DNA of 64,000 bases from a virus: IMG/VR virus record IMGVR_UViG_3300008448_012223, one strand, 5' to 3'. Positions within the stretch are counted from its first letter, which is position 1. Every line of letters starts with the position of its first letter. Shown piece by piece: positions 22,281 through 32,172 of this stretch. A program made the translations under genes and the position numbers. Below the pieces are notes generated by a model. It saw only the letters and a list, made by a program, of their open reading frames with translations. It was not told the DNA's origin and searched no databases.

Positions 22281-22861
22281 CTAGCTTCGCATCATTGAGA
22301 TTAGCCCTCTCAACAGCCCACCAGGAGATTTAAAACCTTATTAGTGGACTCAAGAAGCCAGGAGGTCAATCAATAAATCACTTACTCATTGTCATGCTCC
22401 TAAGCTCCCTCTTTTACGACGTAGCTCTGGGCGAGATCAAGCCCTACGAGTTCGTTTTTCTCCGTACCGTAACAGAACTGGTAAAACTCTACGGTGGGGA
22501 TAATCAAGGCGGGAAGCGATAGGTAGAATGTTTACTGAATTCAAGCTGGGCAGTGCGACAACACTCGACTAGCTTTTTGTACTGTTTTTACTATTGCCCT
22601 ATTGTTCCATCTGAGATACCTCCCGCCGTGATAGTTTGTTTTCAATGAGCTTACCTCTAATTTTCAGATGAAATGGGCGTTGACTAGACCAGCTAATAGC
22701 ACAATAGATGGAGCCCAGTCGAATGTCCTGATAGAAGGTATAACCACATCTATCATAATTAATACTACCACCTAGGCCAAATATAAATGTACCGATGAAT
22801 ACATTGAAGCTATTATAAAGAAAGTATTCATCTAGTATATGCGTGCTATATTGTGATGCCA

Positions 22862-23572
22862 CTACGCGCGGGGCTCCAACGTATTGAGGAGTGTCTTGGC
22901 CATCTGTATACGCCGGTAGATACGACTCGCTATAGCTGGATTCTCCTTGTTCACCTCCTCTATTACAATTTGCTTGAATCGGTCTATGGCCTCGAATTGC
23001 TTGACAGTCTCCATCAGTGAGCGCGCATCCTTCAGTAGTTGACGCTGCTCCTGCAACATAGATACCCATATTTCCTCCTTGACTTTCCTAGCCTTAAAAA
23101 ATGGTTCATCATCGGCCGACTCGAGAGCTATAATACCTGCTTTAAGATCATTGAATATAGTCTGTAGCTGTGTCTGAGTATCAAACACAGAGCCATAGGG
23201 ATACTCTACTCTCTCCATTATAGGCGCGCTTCTATAGGCGGTTATCCATTCACCTACCTCGCGCGCTGTAAGATCAACCCCGTGCATAGATAAGGCGCGG
23301 GATATATCACTCTCACTGGAACCCTTCTCTATTAACTGCACGACAAATTCTGTCATCCCACAGGCATCAATAGGGTGGCGGAGAGCCACCTTATAGTTAT
23401 CCAGTGGTTCAGATATTATAGGGTCATTGAATAATTTCTCTAGAGCTACTAACCGCTCCCAGAGGGGCTGCCAATCAATAGTTCCTATAAGCTGCTTACT
23501 ATCAAGCAGACTACCAAAGTCATTCTTCCAGTCCCGCAGCTCCTGCAGTATATTAGTGTAGTCTGCCATCAT
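22862..23572 (-). CDS. HTH-containing protein, possibly terminase small subunit-like
   Basis: QLIEKGSSESDISRALSMHGVDLTAREVGEW HTH-like segment followed by a coiled-coil. Confidence 0.4.
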   Translation of the reverse strand: MMADYTNILQELRDWKNDFGSLLDSKQLIGTIDWQPLWERLVALEKLFNDPIISEPLDNYKVALRHPIDACGMTEFVVQLIEKGSSESDISRALSMHGVDLTAREVGEWITAYRSAPIMERVEYPYGSVFDTQTQLQTIFNDLKAGIIALESADDEPFFKARKVKEEIWVSMLQEQRQLLKDARSLMETVKQFEAIDRFKQIVIEEVNKENPAIASRIYRRIQMAKTLLNTLEPRA

Positions 23573-23999
23573 CTACCACGCTATCTAAGTAATCAGCGGC
23601 CGTATACACATTACCCTCGACGATCTCAGGGATCCTGATGTGCTTATCCTCTTCCTCCATCTGCATACGAATATCGATGGGGCCTAATACAGGCATGATA
23701 TTAGGATGAATCAGATAATTAAGTAATTGGATAGCAAAAGCATCAAACTTACGCTTAATAGTACTACTATCCACATTAAGACCGCCCGCGATGTCATTGC
23801 GACTGCGCTGCGTAGCCCAGAGCCAGGCGGCATGTCTATATATATCGGGGCTAGTTCTCATAATTAAATACATGCACTTACGCACTGTCTCATATGAGAA
23901 TGTTCGATTGTAACAGGCAGACTCGAAATCAATCTGCTGATAGAACCTCTTACGCAGGTAATACTTTACTTCATCAAGCCAGGGGTTAGGTTTGGGCAT
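23553..23999 (-). CDS. HTH DNA-binding protein (sigma region 4-like)
   Basis: RSRNDIAGGLNVDSSTIKRKFD HTH. Confidence 0.5.
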   Translation of the reverse strand: MPKPNPWLDEVKYYLRKRFYQQIDFESACYNRTFSYETVRKCMYLIMRTSPDIYRHAAWLWATQRSRNDIAGGLNVDSSTIKRKFDAFAIQLLNYLIHPNIMPVLGPIDIRMQMEEEDKHIRIPEIVEGNVYTAADYLDSVVDDGRLH

Positions 24000-24048
24000 A
24001 CATATCCTCTATATACCCATTAATCTTATCGTACTAAATACCAGTATG

Positions 24049-25191
24049 TCAAATCAATAATCTATAGAGATCGAGTAGGCTCTGTTCCTCTGCGAGCTCA
24101 GGGTAGCAATCATGGAGATAGGGACAAGGCTTACCGAAGGAATCGAGACAGGGACTATAATTATCCTCAGGGTAGTGGTGAGGATAGAAACCCGCCGTGA
24201 TTAATTTGTGCGTGCCAAAGAATGAGGTTAGTACGCGATCCATGATGCTACGGTCAATAGGTGTTAGTACTAGACTACCCTCCCTGACGTTATAGATACC
24301 CATAGCATCAACGCGAGTGCCTGTCAATTTCTCATAGGCATAGGCATAGGCACAGAGCTGAGGGTTATACGCCAGCTTATCTGTAGTATAGGCAGATTTA
24401 CTGGTCTTATAATCAACTATAGTTAGGCCATGAGAGGTGATTCCCACCCAGTCAATGAAGCCCAGGAGGTTGATACCGGCATCACCGCCGCAGTCAGGCG
24501 GCATAGACACCTCATTGATTATAGTGCCGTCATTATACTCACTGATAGGTAACTCAACATAGATAGTGCGCTTAAATTCCTTAGGAGGGATAAAGGCCCG
24601 ACATAGGTTAAACGCGTCAGTCAATGCGCCAATAACATCAAGCTCAGTATCCAATTCAGGATTAAGCATAAGCATATATTCATTAGCTGCATGCCGTAGA
24701 GCGAGAAGGGGCTCCTCTGCCTGCTTCCATGCAGTAGTAGACTGATAGGCACTACTCACCTTACCGGCAGCGGTGCGTATGGCATCGGGACCCTTATAGT
24801 CAGCGCGGGCTCTGTTATGCAGTGCTGCATAACCATCTACTAGACCCATTAAGTAACTAGAGATAGTGGTCTGGTCCGACGCAGGCGTATTAGATACAAT
24901 GACACCAGCGGCCATAAGCGCGCTTATGTAGGTCTCCTCGAGGCACTGCTCTAGATTATAATCATGTTCTACTTCAGGATCATAGAATAACTCGAGGGCC
25001 TCATGCACTAGGTTACCCAATAGAGTAGAGCGCGTAGCCCCACTCTTCCTATTGAGGTCAACGTATTTATGATAGAACTCCATCCCACAGCGGCGATATA
25101 CGCGCAGTGCACTAACAGAGTAGTAGGGCGGGCGTTCTGCTATAGATCGACTAGTAATAATATTAGAGGTCATCGATAACCTCTGCGCCAT
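24049..25191 (-). CDS. PD-(D/E)XK (RecB/Cas4-like) exonuclease
   Basis: YSVSALRVYRRC, GNLVHEALE, GFID...IVDYKTSK, QLCAYAYA, C-terminal Cys cluster. Confidence 0.85.
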   Translation of the reverse strand: MAQRLSMTSNIITSRSIAERPPYYSVSALRVYRRCGMEFYHKYVDLNRKSGATRSTLLGNLVHEALELFYDPEVEHDYNLEQCLEETYISALMAAGVIVSNTPASDQTTISSYLMGLVDGYAALHNRARADYKGPDAIRTAAGKVSSAYQSTTAWKQAEEPLLALRHAANEYMLMLNPELDTELDVIGALTDAFNLCRAFIPPKEFKRTIYVELPISEYNDGTIINEVSMPPDCGGDAGINLLGFIDWVGITSHGLTIVDYKTSKSAYTTDKLAYNPQLCAYAYAYEKLTGTRVDAMGIYNVREGSLVLTPIDRSIMDRVLTSFFGTHKLITAGFYPHHYPEDNYSPCLDSFGKPCPYLHDCYPELAEEQSLLDLYRLLI

Positions 25192-25714
25192 AATGAGCTA
25201 ATAATAGTGCCTCAGCCATACCATCATGGGGCTTGTGGCAGAGAGGAGTCCTGAATAAATTAACAGCAGGATAGAGATCCACAGCAATAGATACGCTGCG
25301 TGTCTTAGTAGGTTTACTATAGGTCCATTTAATAGGCGGGGCCATATCGGCATAGTGCGATTGCCACTCACGGGAATCTACTACTACATAATTCAGACCT
25401 ATACCCTCCAATAGGCCAATTAGTTTCCCATAGTTAAGCATAGTCTTAGCAGTAGAACCCAGACCCTGACGCCGCGTCTTTCCCGCAACTATCCTGGGCC
25501 GTACTACTATCTGGCGTTCAATAATAGTAAGATGAGGTCTATAATAAGACAGGTAATTCTTAATTACCCCCATGTTTATATCCTTATCAGACGTAGAGAT
25601 TGGCATGATTCTAACATCAACTACATTATGGGTATCCCCCTTTTGTAGTATACAAAGTCCCCCAGTTAAACCTGGGTCTATCCCACATATAAATTTATCC
25701 AAGATAATCACCAA
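25163..25714 (-). CDS. RuvC-like Holliday junction resolvase
   Basis: ICGIDPGLTGG, IIERQ, HDGMAEALLLAHYG. Confidence 0.8.
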   Translation of the reverse strand: MVIILDKFICGIDPGLTGGLCILQKGDTHNVVDVRIMPISTSDKDINMGVIKNYLSYYRPHLTIIERQIVVRPRIVAGKTRRQGLGSTAKTMLNYGKLIGLLEGIGLNYVVVDSREWQSHYADMAPPIKWTYSKPTKTRSVSIAVDLYPAVNLFRTPLCHKPHDGMAEALLLAHYGAEVIDDL

Positions 25715-25762
25715 CTAGTATATTATCATTATAGCACATAACGCCTGCTACACTGAGAATAA

Positions 25763-25969
25763 CTAATCGAATTGAAACAACCAGGGATTCCAGGTTAGTT
25801 CAGTATTATCATCTAACGTAACAACCACTCTGTTCTTATGGCCAGCGTAGCGGTGAGAAAGATTACCCTTCGTGTTGTAACTATAACCCGCTGACCTAGG
25901 GTACGTTGATTGATATGCTATATTAGTAACTACCTTATTATTAATCTCATCGCCTAGCCTGATGTGCAT
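25763..25969 (-). CDS. Hypothetical protein
   Basis: 68-aa ORF coupled to the radical SAM gene. Confidence 0.45.
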   Translation of the reverse strand: MHIRLGDEINNKVVTNIAYQSTYPRSAGYSYNTKGNLSHRYAGHKNRVVVTLDDNTELTWNPWLFQFD

Positions 25970-26928
25970 GGGAAGCCTGTCTGGAAGTAATCGATTAGTG
26001 AAGTAGAGTCGAATGACGTACGGTTATAACTACGACTAGTAGGAGCATACTGCTGCTTAACTGCATCAATATACATAGTAAACTGGAAGTCATCGCCCAT
26101 ATAGAAGCGGGCCCACCCCTCATCAGTGAATAAACGTCTGAGCTCTAACTGTTCGATAGCCAGGTTATCAAAGGAGAGATTACACTTACCTATAAGAGAG
26201 GGTAGGGAACGCCGCCACTGCGCTATGCCTGCATCTACCTCAGGGCTATGATAATCTATACCGAAGCCGAAGTTCTTATAGCCTAGTACGAGTACCTTAC
26301 TGGTTACAGCGCTGAGGCTAACCAACTCATCGATTATACTGACGGGATGGATACCAGCGATGATGTGATACACGATGTTATCTGAGAGACGCAGTACTGG
26401 TATCAGACTGCTATAGTTACTACTAGTGATTGAGATACCGAGGCCCCGCACTAACTCCTGACTTACTATGTCCTCTATTAGAGTAGCGTAGCGATGTAGA
26501 TGACCCTGGTTAACAGTAATGTTAGCTATAAGCCCGCGGGCCTTAAGTTCTACTAGGAAGCCCACTATATCAGGATGAGATAGTGGGTTACCCCCTCCAT
26601 TTGCTAACTCGACCCCAGCAGGTATATCACTAAGGACATCGAGTAACCGTGTTAGGTCAGCGTGTTTACCACTACGAGTAGAACTCTCATGGCAGTACCT
26701 ACATCCCATATCACAGTAGTCAGTGATCTTAATATCTATAGAGCAGGGATAGGCAGGGCGGGCCCCAACCACACTTGTAGTACGAACTAGGGTACCATCA
26801 GCATATAGAGTACACTCATAATCACCATTAATATAATGCGCTAACGCTATCGCTTCATTAAACCTATTCATAGTCATAGAATGACGGATAATCATCAGTA
26901 TTAATCCCCATGATCTCGCAAGCTTCAA
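25954..26928 (-). CDS. Radical SAM protein
   Basis: IDIKITDYCDMGCRYCHE (CxxxCxxC), GGGNPLSHP; start probably internal. Confidence 0.85.
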   Translation of the reverse strand: MKLARSWGLILMIIRHSMTMNRFNEAIALAHYINGDYECTLYADGTLVRTTSVVGARPAYPCSIDIKITDYCDMGCRYCHESSTRSGKHADLTRLLDVLSDIPAGVELANGGGNPLSHPDIVGFLVELKARGLIANITVNQGHLHRYATLIEDIVSQELVRGLGISITSSNYSSLIPVLRLSDNIVYHIIAGIHPVSIIDELVSLSAVTSKVLVLGYKNFGFGIDYHSPEVDAGIAQWRRSLPSLIGKCNLSFDNLAIEQLELRRLFTDEGWARFYMGDDFQFTMYIDAVKQQYAPTSRSYNRTSFDSTSLIDYFQTGFPCTSG

Positions 26929-27220
26929 CTAATTTATCTATCCCCCCGAACCATTTGGCGGTAACATTAGGATTGCTCAATAAACATCGGAGCTCTTCGA
27001 TGAGGCATTCACCTCTACGCTCTTTTGTGTAGGCTTCTGGAGAAGTATATAATTCGCATTCCCAATCTCCTACTTGACGGTGAGTATCAATATCAAACTC
27101 CTTGCCATCAACCACTATATACTTTCGCCCGACTGATTTAATAGTTCCCCATGTACCATCCTCGTGGGGAATTACTGCCCATACCCTGGCACCCTTTTTA
27201 ATAAAGTCTTTCGGCAACAT
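26864..27220 (-). CDS. Hypothetical protein
   Basis: 118-aa ORF with GAGGA upstream. Confidence 0.5.
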   Translation of the reverse strand: MLPKDFIKKGARVWAVIPHEDGTWGTIKSVGRKYIVVDGKEFDIDTHRQVGDWECELYTSPEAYTKERRGECLIEELRCLLSNPNVTAKWFGGIDKLVEACEIMGINTDDYPSFYDYE

Positions 27221-27269
27221 TTACTTTTCCTCTGGTAAATTAGTTTAGGCGAGCCCTAGCTAGTGATAT

Positions 27270-27764
27270 CTAATTGCCCTTGTAAAAGAAGTCGCTAGCA
27301 TACTCCATCACTCCCTTATTATCAATCACATAACTGTAATCATTATCACTACCGGTTAGGATAAAGCTATAGGGCGAGAATAGATAACGCATCATCATAT
27401 CCTTATTAGCTACAATAGCATTGAGGAAGCCGTTCAACTCGTTGGCGTGGTCCATGTAGCCGCCATTAAGACTTTTGTATTTGTCATATACTACATCCTC
27501 GGCAGTTACAGCAATACCCTCTGATAGCAGATAGAGTATCATGTCATAGGCGTCTTTCATTCTATCGTTAGCGGCGAAGCCCGTGTATAAATAACTGGCC
27601 TTGGCTGCTATAGAACTCAGGATACTAGTTTCAGAACCGAATTCGCCAATCTCGAAATGTATTAATTTAGGGATAGTAAGGCTAGTCTGACAGGGAATAG
27701 ATATACTATGGGTGCTCGAACTATTAGTTTCAAATACACCCTGACGGACTTGAATGCTAAGCAT
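27270..27764 (-). CDS. Conserved phage protein of the FETNSSSTHS family
   Basis: QVRQGVFETNSSSTHSI N-terminal motif; AGGAG upstream. Confidence 0.65.
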   Translation of the reverse strand: MLSIQVRQGVFETNSSSTHSISIPCQTSLTIPKLIHFEIGEFGSETSILSSIAAKASYLYTGFAANDRMKDAYDMILYLLSEGIAVTAEDVVYDKYKSLNGGYMDHANELNGFLNAIVANKDMMMRYLFSPYSFILTGSDNDYSYVIDNKGVMEYASDFFYKGN

Positions 27765-27971
27765 AAAGACTCCTTAAGAAATTATAGATCTACTTACGAC
27801 ACAGCGGTACGACAGTGAGGAGGGTCAAGTTAAGTCATTAAACAACAAGCCAATTATTGTGATAAGAGCGAGAGCTAGCCCTATAACTAACGGTGCATTA
27901 TCCATTTTAACCTCCCAGGATTATTAATAGTGATTTGACATTGACTCTAGGGGAACGAGAACCTCAACCCG

Positions 27972-28772
27972 CTATCGTTTATCTGCGGCGAAGGCGCGTT
28001 GTGTTAACTTAGCCATATCCCTAATAACATCCCATCCTGCTTCACCGTATTGAGATACAGCATATTGCTCAACAGCGAGTAATAGATCAGCTAACTCACA
28101 TTGTCTCAATAACGAATTAGTGGCCTCGCGGCACTCGAGCAGCTCCTCGTATATCTTATCCAACGTATTAACAGAATATTTAGGGATAGGGCTAGAGTGA
28201 TAGCCGGGCCGGAAGGAGTCATTAACTGCTATACTAAAGCGGGGCTCAGCTATACCAGTGCCATAATACCACCAGTGATCATCATAAGAGCGCTTACCAT
28301 AGGAGCCCAGCTCTAGATTCAATGGAGTATAGATTATATCCGTCTCATTGGCACAATGCACGTACTTGAGATTATGTGGATTAATGTAATGTAGCATCCA
28401 CTGGTAGGCATCAGTACAGATAGTATTTACAGTCATACCAGGCATACCCTTGTACACAAATAACTCTAGCTTCATAAAGTAAGGGTAGCTATAATTGTCA
28501 TTATCCAGTGGACGAAAGCACGGCGTAATAGCTTGCAGTGCGTCACCTGCCTGATAATGTCCATTTATCGCATTATAGATGAAGGTCTGTTCTGCGCTAC
28601 CTACCAGCACAAAAGTGTCGTAACAGCTATAGGGGGCCTGACTGTTAGGCTCTGGTGAGGTTATAGAGCCAATTCTGCGGGGCACGACCCATTTTAGATC
28701 GACTACTCTATAGCCTTTTTGTTTGTAGTATTCCTGCGCCTCTGTTAGATAGCGATAATTAATAGTAAACAT
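27972..28772 (-). CDS. Class II aaRS-like core fused to a MazG-like domain
   Basis: LVGSAEQTF, ITPCFR, YFMKLEL, ELGSYGKR, YGTGIAEPRF; then KIYEELLE...ELADL. Confidence 0.55.
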   Translation of the reverse strand: MFTINYRYLTEAQEYYKQKGYRVVDLKWVVPRRIGSITSPEPNSQAPYSCYDTFVLVGSAEQTFIYNAINGHYQAGDALQAITPCFRPLDNDNYSYPYFMKLELFVYKGMPGMTVNTICTDAYQWMLHYINPHNLKYVHCANETDIIYTPLNLELGSYGKRSYDDHWWYYGTGIAEPRFSIAVNDSFRPGYHSSPIPKYSVNTLDKIYEELLECREATNSLLRQCELADLLLAVEQYAVSQYGEAGWDVIRDMAKLTQRAFAADKR

Positions 28773-28943
28773 TTGTCCTCTACTCTACAATATACGTTAG
28801 GTTGCGCGTAGTTAATACATACTAGGCCCTACTTTTCTATCTGTTACCCGTCCCCCAAGTCCGTAAATTTGAAAATCCCCTTATTCCTGCCGCTTCTCCC
28901 AGTCCCACCCTCTCACTAATCCTGTTCCCCCTCCCAGATAAAA

Positions 28944-29273
28944 TTAGTCCCTTGCGCTTTTCCCCTCGGCCACATCTGCAAATGGAGTAATAGGAATGTG
29001 GCTATAAACTTCGGCATTCTTTGCCCGAGCTTGGCGGAGATCGTAGCCTGTTTGAAGATTCAGCCAAAACTGAGGACTGTTACCGAAATATCGTGACAGA
29101 CGCAAAGCTGTATCCGCAGTGATACTACGCTTACCCGCTAAAATCTCACCGATACGAGTTTGAGCTACGCTTAAATCTTTGCTCAGTCTGTAGGGGGTAA
29201 TATTGAGCGGTTCCAGAAAATCTAACTTGAGGATTTCACCGGGATGAATATTGGGTAAATGGTCGCTGTTCAT
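28944..29273 (-). CDS. higA: HigA-family antitoxin (orphan)
   Basis: NIHPGEILKLDFLEPLNITPYRLSKDL...ITADTALRLSRYFGNSPQFWLNLQ. Confidence 0.9.
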   Translation of the reverse strand: MNSDHLPNIHPGEILKLDFLEPLNITPYRLSKDLSVAQTRIGEILAGKRSITADTALRLSRYFGNSPQFWLNLQTGYDLRQARAKNAEVYSHIPITPFADVAEGKSARD

Positions 29274-29287
29274 CGCATTTAGCTAAT

Positions 29288-29629
29288 TTAGTCCTTAATT
29301 AATAGAACGTTTCTTTCTTGATAATACGCTAGGCGGCCCTCGCAAAATTGAATTACAGAGTTAGGTAGTGCTCCGAGCACCTTTTCTACCTTGACATTGT
29401 CAAAGAAGCGCACGTCCTTATCTATAAAATTAGGAGATAATAGGTCGTTGATCTCCATGAAGATACGCGGAAGCAATTCAAATAAAGCGGGGGGCGGCTC
29501 ATCCTCGATTACTCTCTCACATAGGGCTGCATCTATCTGACAGAGATACACATGGAATGGCTTATCAGGGTACTCTTTCATCAGATACTCTAGATTAAGA
29601 CTAATAAGCGTAGATAGGTTAGCAGACAT
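29288..29629 (-). CDS. Hypothetical protein
   Basis: 113-aa coupled ORF. Confidence 0.5.
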   Translation of the reverse strand: MSANLSTLISLNLEYLMKEYPDKPFHVYLCQIDAALCERVIEDEPPPALFELLPRIFMEINDLLSPNFIDKDVRFFDNVKVEKVLGALPNSVIQFCEGRLAYYQERNVLLIKD

Positions 29630-30119
29630 TGAATAATCTCCTGTTAATATCAGATGATAGGAAAGCCTCTAACCAGACAGGGCGGGGCTCTATAAGATAA
29701 CAGGCCCGCGCTGCGATAAGAGGATGATAGAAGTAGGGTAAGAACTCTAGCTGAGCTAGAGCCTCTATATGCTGAGGTGTAGCTATACCCCTATGATCTA
29801 GTATACCCAGGGTAGGGTAGCGCTCGTGATATATATTTAGGTTATAGTCATGCAGATACTCAGTAGTATCTAGACAGTACCAGGCAGCGCCAGAGCGGGG
29901 CCGCCCCATATCAGGTAGGTAGCCTGTTATAATCGGCGGGCTTTCATTATCCTCACGTAGATACTCTATGGCACGCCGATACATACGCCACTCCTGGGCC
30001 CAGCCCGACTGTAGTGTTATAGTAACAGCACTATAGCGGCCATCAGCGTAACGCCCTACATAATAGGGGTATATCATACAATCGCGAGCAGGTATACTCA
30101 CGTGATAATTAGTCATCAC
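29619..30119 (-). CDS. Hypothetical protein
   Basis: 166-aa ORF, overlap with the primase stop. Confidence 0.5.
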   Translation of the reverse strand: MMTNYHVSIPARDCMIYPYYVGRYADGRYSAVTITLQSGWAQEWRMYRRAIEYLREDNESPPIITGYLPDMGRPRSGAAWYCLDTTEYLHDYNLNIYHERYPTLGILDHRGIATPQHIEALAQLEFLPYFYHPLIAARACYLIEPRPVWLEAFLSSDINRRLFNVC

Positions 30120-31336
30120 GATCCGAATAGTAGAGAGGCATATTCAAGGGGCCCTAATTGATTATCTACATAAGGAGCCAGTAGCCCTAAGGGGGAATGA
30201 GTAGCAGTCAATACCCGCAATATATCTACGTGATGACTAATGTCGGGCCCCCATTGAGCTAGTAAATCATCTACGAATAATATGCGGTTAGCATTGATAG
30301 TATCAGCAGCATTAACGCGAGGCTCTGCTACCAACCACTCATTAATATCTTTATAATCAGCAACCATATACGTCATAAGCTCAGCTAATGGTAAGTTAAC
30401 CTGTAGCTGAACTAGTTGAGGTATGATACGCACCCAGCTCTTATATACACCGGCATGAGTAGGATGATCATCGCTATACTTATCTGAGTCGAATATAAAT
30501 GTGATACGACGGAAGGGCTTGAACTTACTGGTGTGACATAATAGATACTCCAGACCCAATAGTCCCACTACAGGTAAACCACGACCTATTAGTGATGTGG
30601 CATCAGGCGGGCCCTCAACTATATATAGCTCGCGAGCTGGGTGCTTACTATACTCCTTAAGACAATGTTCTAGATAGAGATAGCGCTTACTATTAATAGC
30701 GGCCCGCGTATCCTTATAGCGGGGGGCCCTCTCACTACTACCTATATAGCGACCAACCATATGGACTAGATGGCCTCGTGTATCTCGTATAGGGAATATA
30801 ATGCGTTCCCTATAGTAATCCTCGCCGTCCTCCTTAATCAGACCCTCGCGGGCTAATGCCTCATGATCTATATCGAATTGACGTAGACCACTAGGAGGAG
30901 CATACCCTATACCAATGCTACGAGCTAGATCGAGGGACCAGCCCCGCCGCAGTATATAATCCTGAGCAGCAGGCGTAGTATCAAAATAATAATGATAGGC
31001 CTCTAGCGCGCTCTCTAGTACTATACTGCGAGCATCCATAACCTCGCGGGCCTGACGTATACCAGCGCGGGCCTCTAACTGCTGCATAGCCCCAGCATAA
31101 TCAAGCTTAGTATGCCAGCGCCAGGCATTGACTAGACCCATACCTGCGTTCAACTCACAACTAGTCCTCCAGCACTTCATATAGTGCGGATACACGCTCA
31201 GCTTACCGCGGCCCCCACAAGCAGGGCAATCATTAGTACCATGCCGTAGATTTAGTAGCTCTGGTATAGTTAGCCGCTCCATTATCAGTTGCTCATTCTC
31301 TCTCGTCACCGCTCTCCGTATATTGGATGAATGCAC
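30116..31336 (-). CDS. DnaG-type DNA primase
   Basis: Zn finger CPACGG...CWRTSC, RIIFPIRD, TOPRIM IVEGPPDA and IFDSD. Confidence 0.85.
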   Translation of the reverse strand: MHSSNIRRAVTRENEQLIMERLTIPELLNLRHGTNDCPACGGRGKLSVYPHYMKCWRTSCELNAGMGLVNAWRWHTKLDYAGAMQQLEARAGIRQAREVMDARSIVLESALEAYHYYFDTTPAAQDYILRRGWSLDLARSIGIGYAPPSGLRQFDIDHEALAREGLIKEDGEDYYRERIIFPIRDTRGHLVHMVGRYIGSSERAPRYKDTRAAINSKRYLYLEHCLKEYSKHPARELYIVEGPPDATSLIGRGLPVVGLLGLEYLLCHTSKFKPFRRITFIFDSDKYSDDHPTHAGVYKSWVRIIPQLVQLQVNLPLAELMTYMVADYKDINEWLVAEPRVNAADTINANRILFVDDLLAQWGPDISHHVDILRVLTATHSPLGLLAPYVDNQLGPLEYASLLFGS

Positions 31337-31681
31337 TATAATAACTAAGCTTAAACTTTAACACTAATACATATCGCCTGTTAATGGCAATATGCTCGAG
31401 ATAAGTGATGTCACTTACCCGTGGCCCGTTCCATAAGAATATCTCGGATAGTTTTTTCAACAGGTACCTTAATATACTACTACCGCCAACGTCTAGGGCC
31501 ACCCCACGTCATCCATACTACTGTTCTTAAGCGATACCTAACGAATTTCTAATTGACTAACATCAAAATCACCGCCATTTGGCAGAGTTTTCCCTGAAAA
31601 AAGATGCTGTTGCTTGCGAAGCCATGATATTAGATGATTGTGTTAATTTTAAACGCTTTAGTCTGAGTCCATATTTTAATT

Positions 31682-32172
31682 TCAATTAAATGTAAAAAGT
31701 TTGTCGATAAAACTTGATATAGTTTCTGCTATTTCCTCTGTTTTATCACGAATAAAGGTAATCTCTTCCTGTTTGTCAGAGATTCCAAAACTTGAGTAGT
31801 ATCCATCATCTGGATCATCATACGCTCTACATATAGCTATTTCTTTTATTTTTCCTGTTCTTAAATCAAATATCGTACCAGTTACTCTGGTTTTTGGTAT
31901 TAAGCTAAAGCTTGGTACAAAACCACAAAAAACCTTGACATGGGCTACCGTCTGACAATCTAAAAGAACCTTAGCATTACCTGTTAGGTAAATTTGTTGT
32001 TCAAACTTTAGTTCCCATTCTGACCAAAGAAAGTTTTTAAACGACCAACTGTTCCAATCAGAATTGTCGTTATATTCTTTGTGACAAAAAGCCGCAATTT
32101 TTTTAAGTATATCTATTTTTTTGGTCCTTCTATAGCTTTTTGCCTTTTAAAAAACTCTTCTGCTGTTGTCAT
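31682..32172 (-). pseudogene. Frameshifted (A7 run) paralog of the adjacent 32169-32615 gene
   Basis: MTTAEEFFKRQKAIEGPKK* then the -1 frame continues IDILKKIAAFCHKEY...FTFN*; not in the ORF track. Confidence 0.65.

Noticed and set aside
22599-23069. 156-aa - strand ORF
   Set aside because: Its first half overlaps 22862-23572 in another frame. The distal part has no recognisable start or homology.
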